Below, piece after piece: positions 63,621 through 64,000 of a stretch of 64,000 nt of DNA. How positions within the stretch are numbered: the stretch's first letter is position 1; every line of letters starts with the position of its first letter. The notes below the pieces were generated by a model. It did not search any database. It worked only from the letters and a program-made list of their open reading frames with translations, and had not been told where the DNA came from. Source of the DNA: Squalus acanthias (lineage: Eukaryota). A program made the position numbers and the translations under genes. Location of the stretch: assembly GCA_030390025.1 (NCBI GenBank), contig CM059432.1, forward strand, positions 131,752,001 through 131,816,000, read 5' to 3'.

Positions 63621-64000
63621 AAATAAAATCAAAGCAAATGATACGATGGAAGTAATTCAGGCAAAATGTCTGGATTGGATGGAATTTAAATAAACTTGAT
63701 CTCAGTTAGTAAGTCATATGATCATTATCAATCATTCCAAATGCTTTTATACATACCTACAATGTAGTTTATTTAGATTTCCAGATAAGTGTTTGAGAAA
63801 GTTCCGCATGAAAGTTTGTAATTAAACTACAAGCCACAGGAATAGTACTGGTTAAAGAAAATGGTTAAAACATAAAATAAGAGAGTTGTACCATTTGACT
63901 GAGAGGAAATGTTGATTAGAATCCTACAAGCTCCGCTAACGTTTCCAGTCTCCATAAATTACATGGATGCTGAAATCAGCTCTAAATTAGCCAAATTTGC

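Larger units (their letters stand above)
3235..64000 (+). other. col21a1: Collagen alpha-1(XXI)-like (FACIT) gene, 5' portion; continues past the window end; TSS approximate
   Basis: Six coding exons with AG/GT boundaries and matching phases (1,1,2,0,0,0) splice into signal peptide-VWA-TSPN; motifs CEESVCPTRIPVAARDE, FPEGLPPSYVFV, WHQ and QKLRLYCDP..RETACEIP are characteristic of collagen XXI. Could be a paralogue (see findings). Confidence 0.88.

Overview
Eukaryotic, repeat-rich vertebrate DNA. The repeat content (HE1/V-SINE, Deu-domain tRNA SINEs, CR1, RTE, Penelope-like and Harbinger elements) points to a cartilaginous fish (shark); this is an inference. The window holds the 5' part of one + strand gene encoding a FACIT collagen of the COL21A1 type. 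It has a CpG/TATA promoter near 3.0-3.3 kb, a probable non-coding exon 1, and six coding exons with consistent phases: signal peptide, VWA domain with intact MIDAS, and TSPN/LamG domain. The triple-helical exons lie beyond the window. The introns are packed with nested transposons. The most unusual structures are two ORF-less, near-perfect fold-back insertions (175-bp and 367-bp arms). They share Penelope-type termini, are flanked by target-site duplications, and carry a minimal hammerhead ribozyme motif on each strand with compensatory stem changes between the two elements. Also notable: an RTE LINE flanked by a 449-bp direct duplication, a near full-length Harbinger with a spliced Myb/SANT gene, an antisense CR1-in-CR1 nest, and a ~1 kb filler insertion inside a CR1. 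Coordinates were read by eye and family names come from motif recognition, not database searches.
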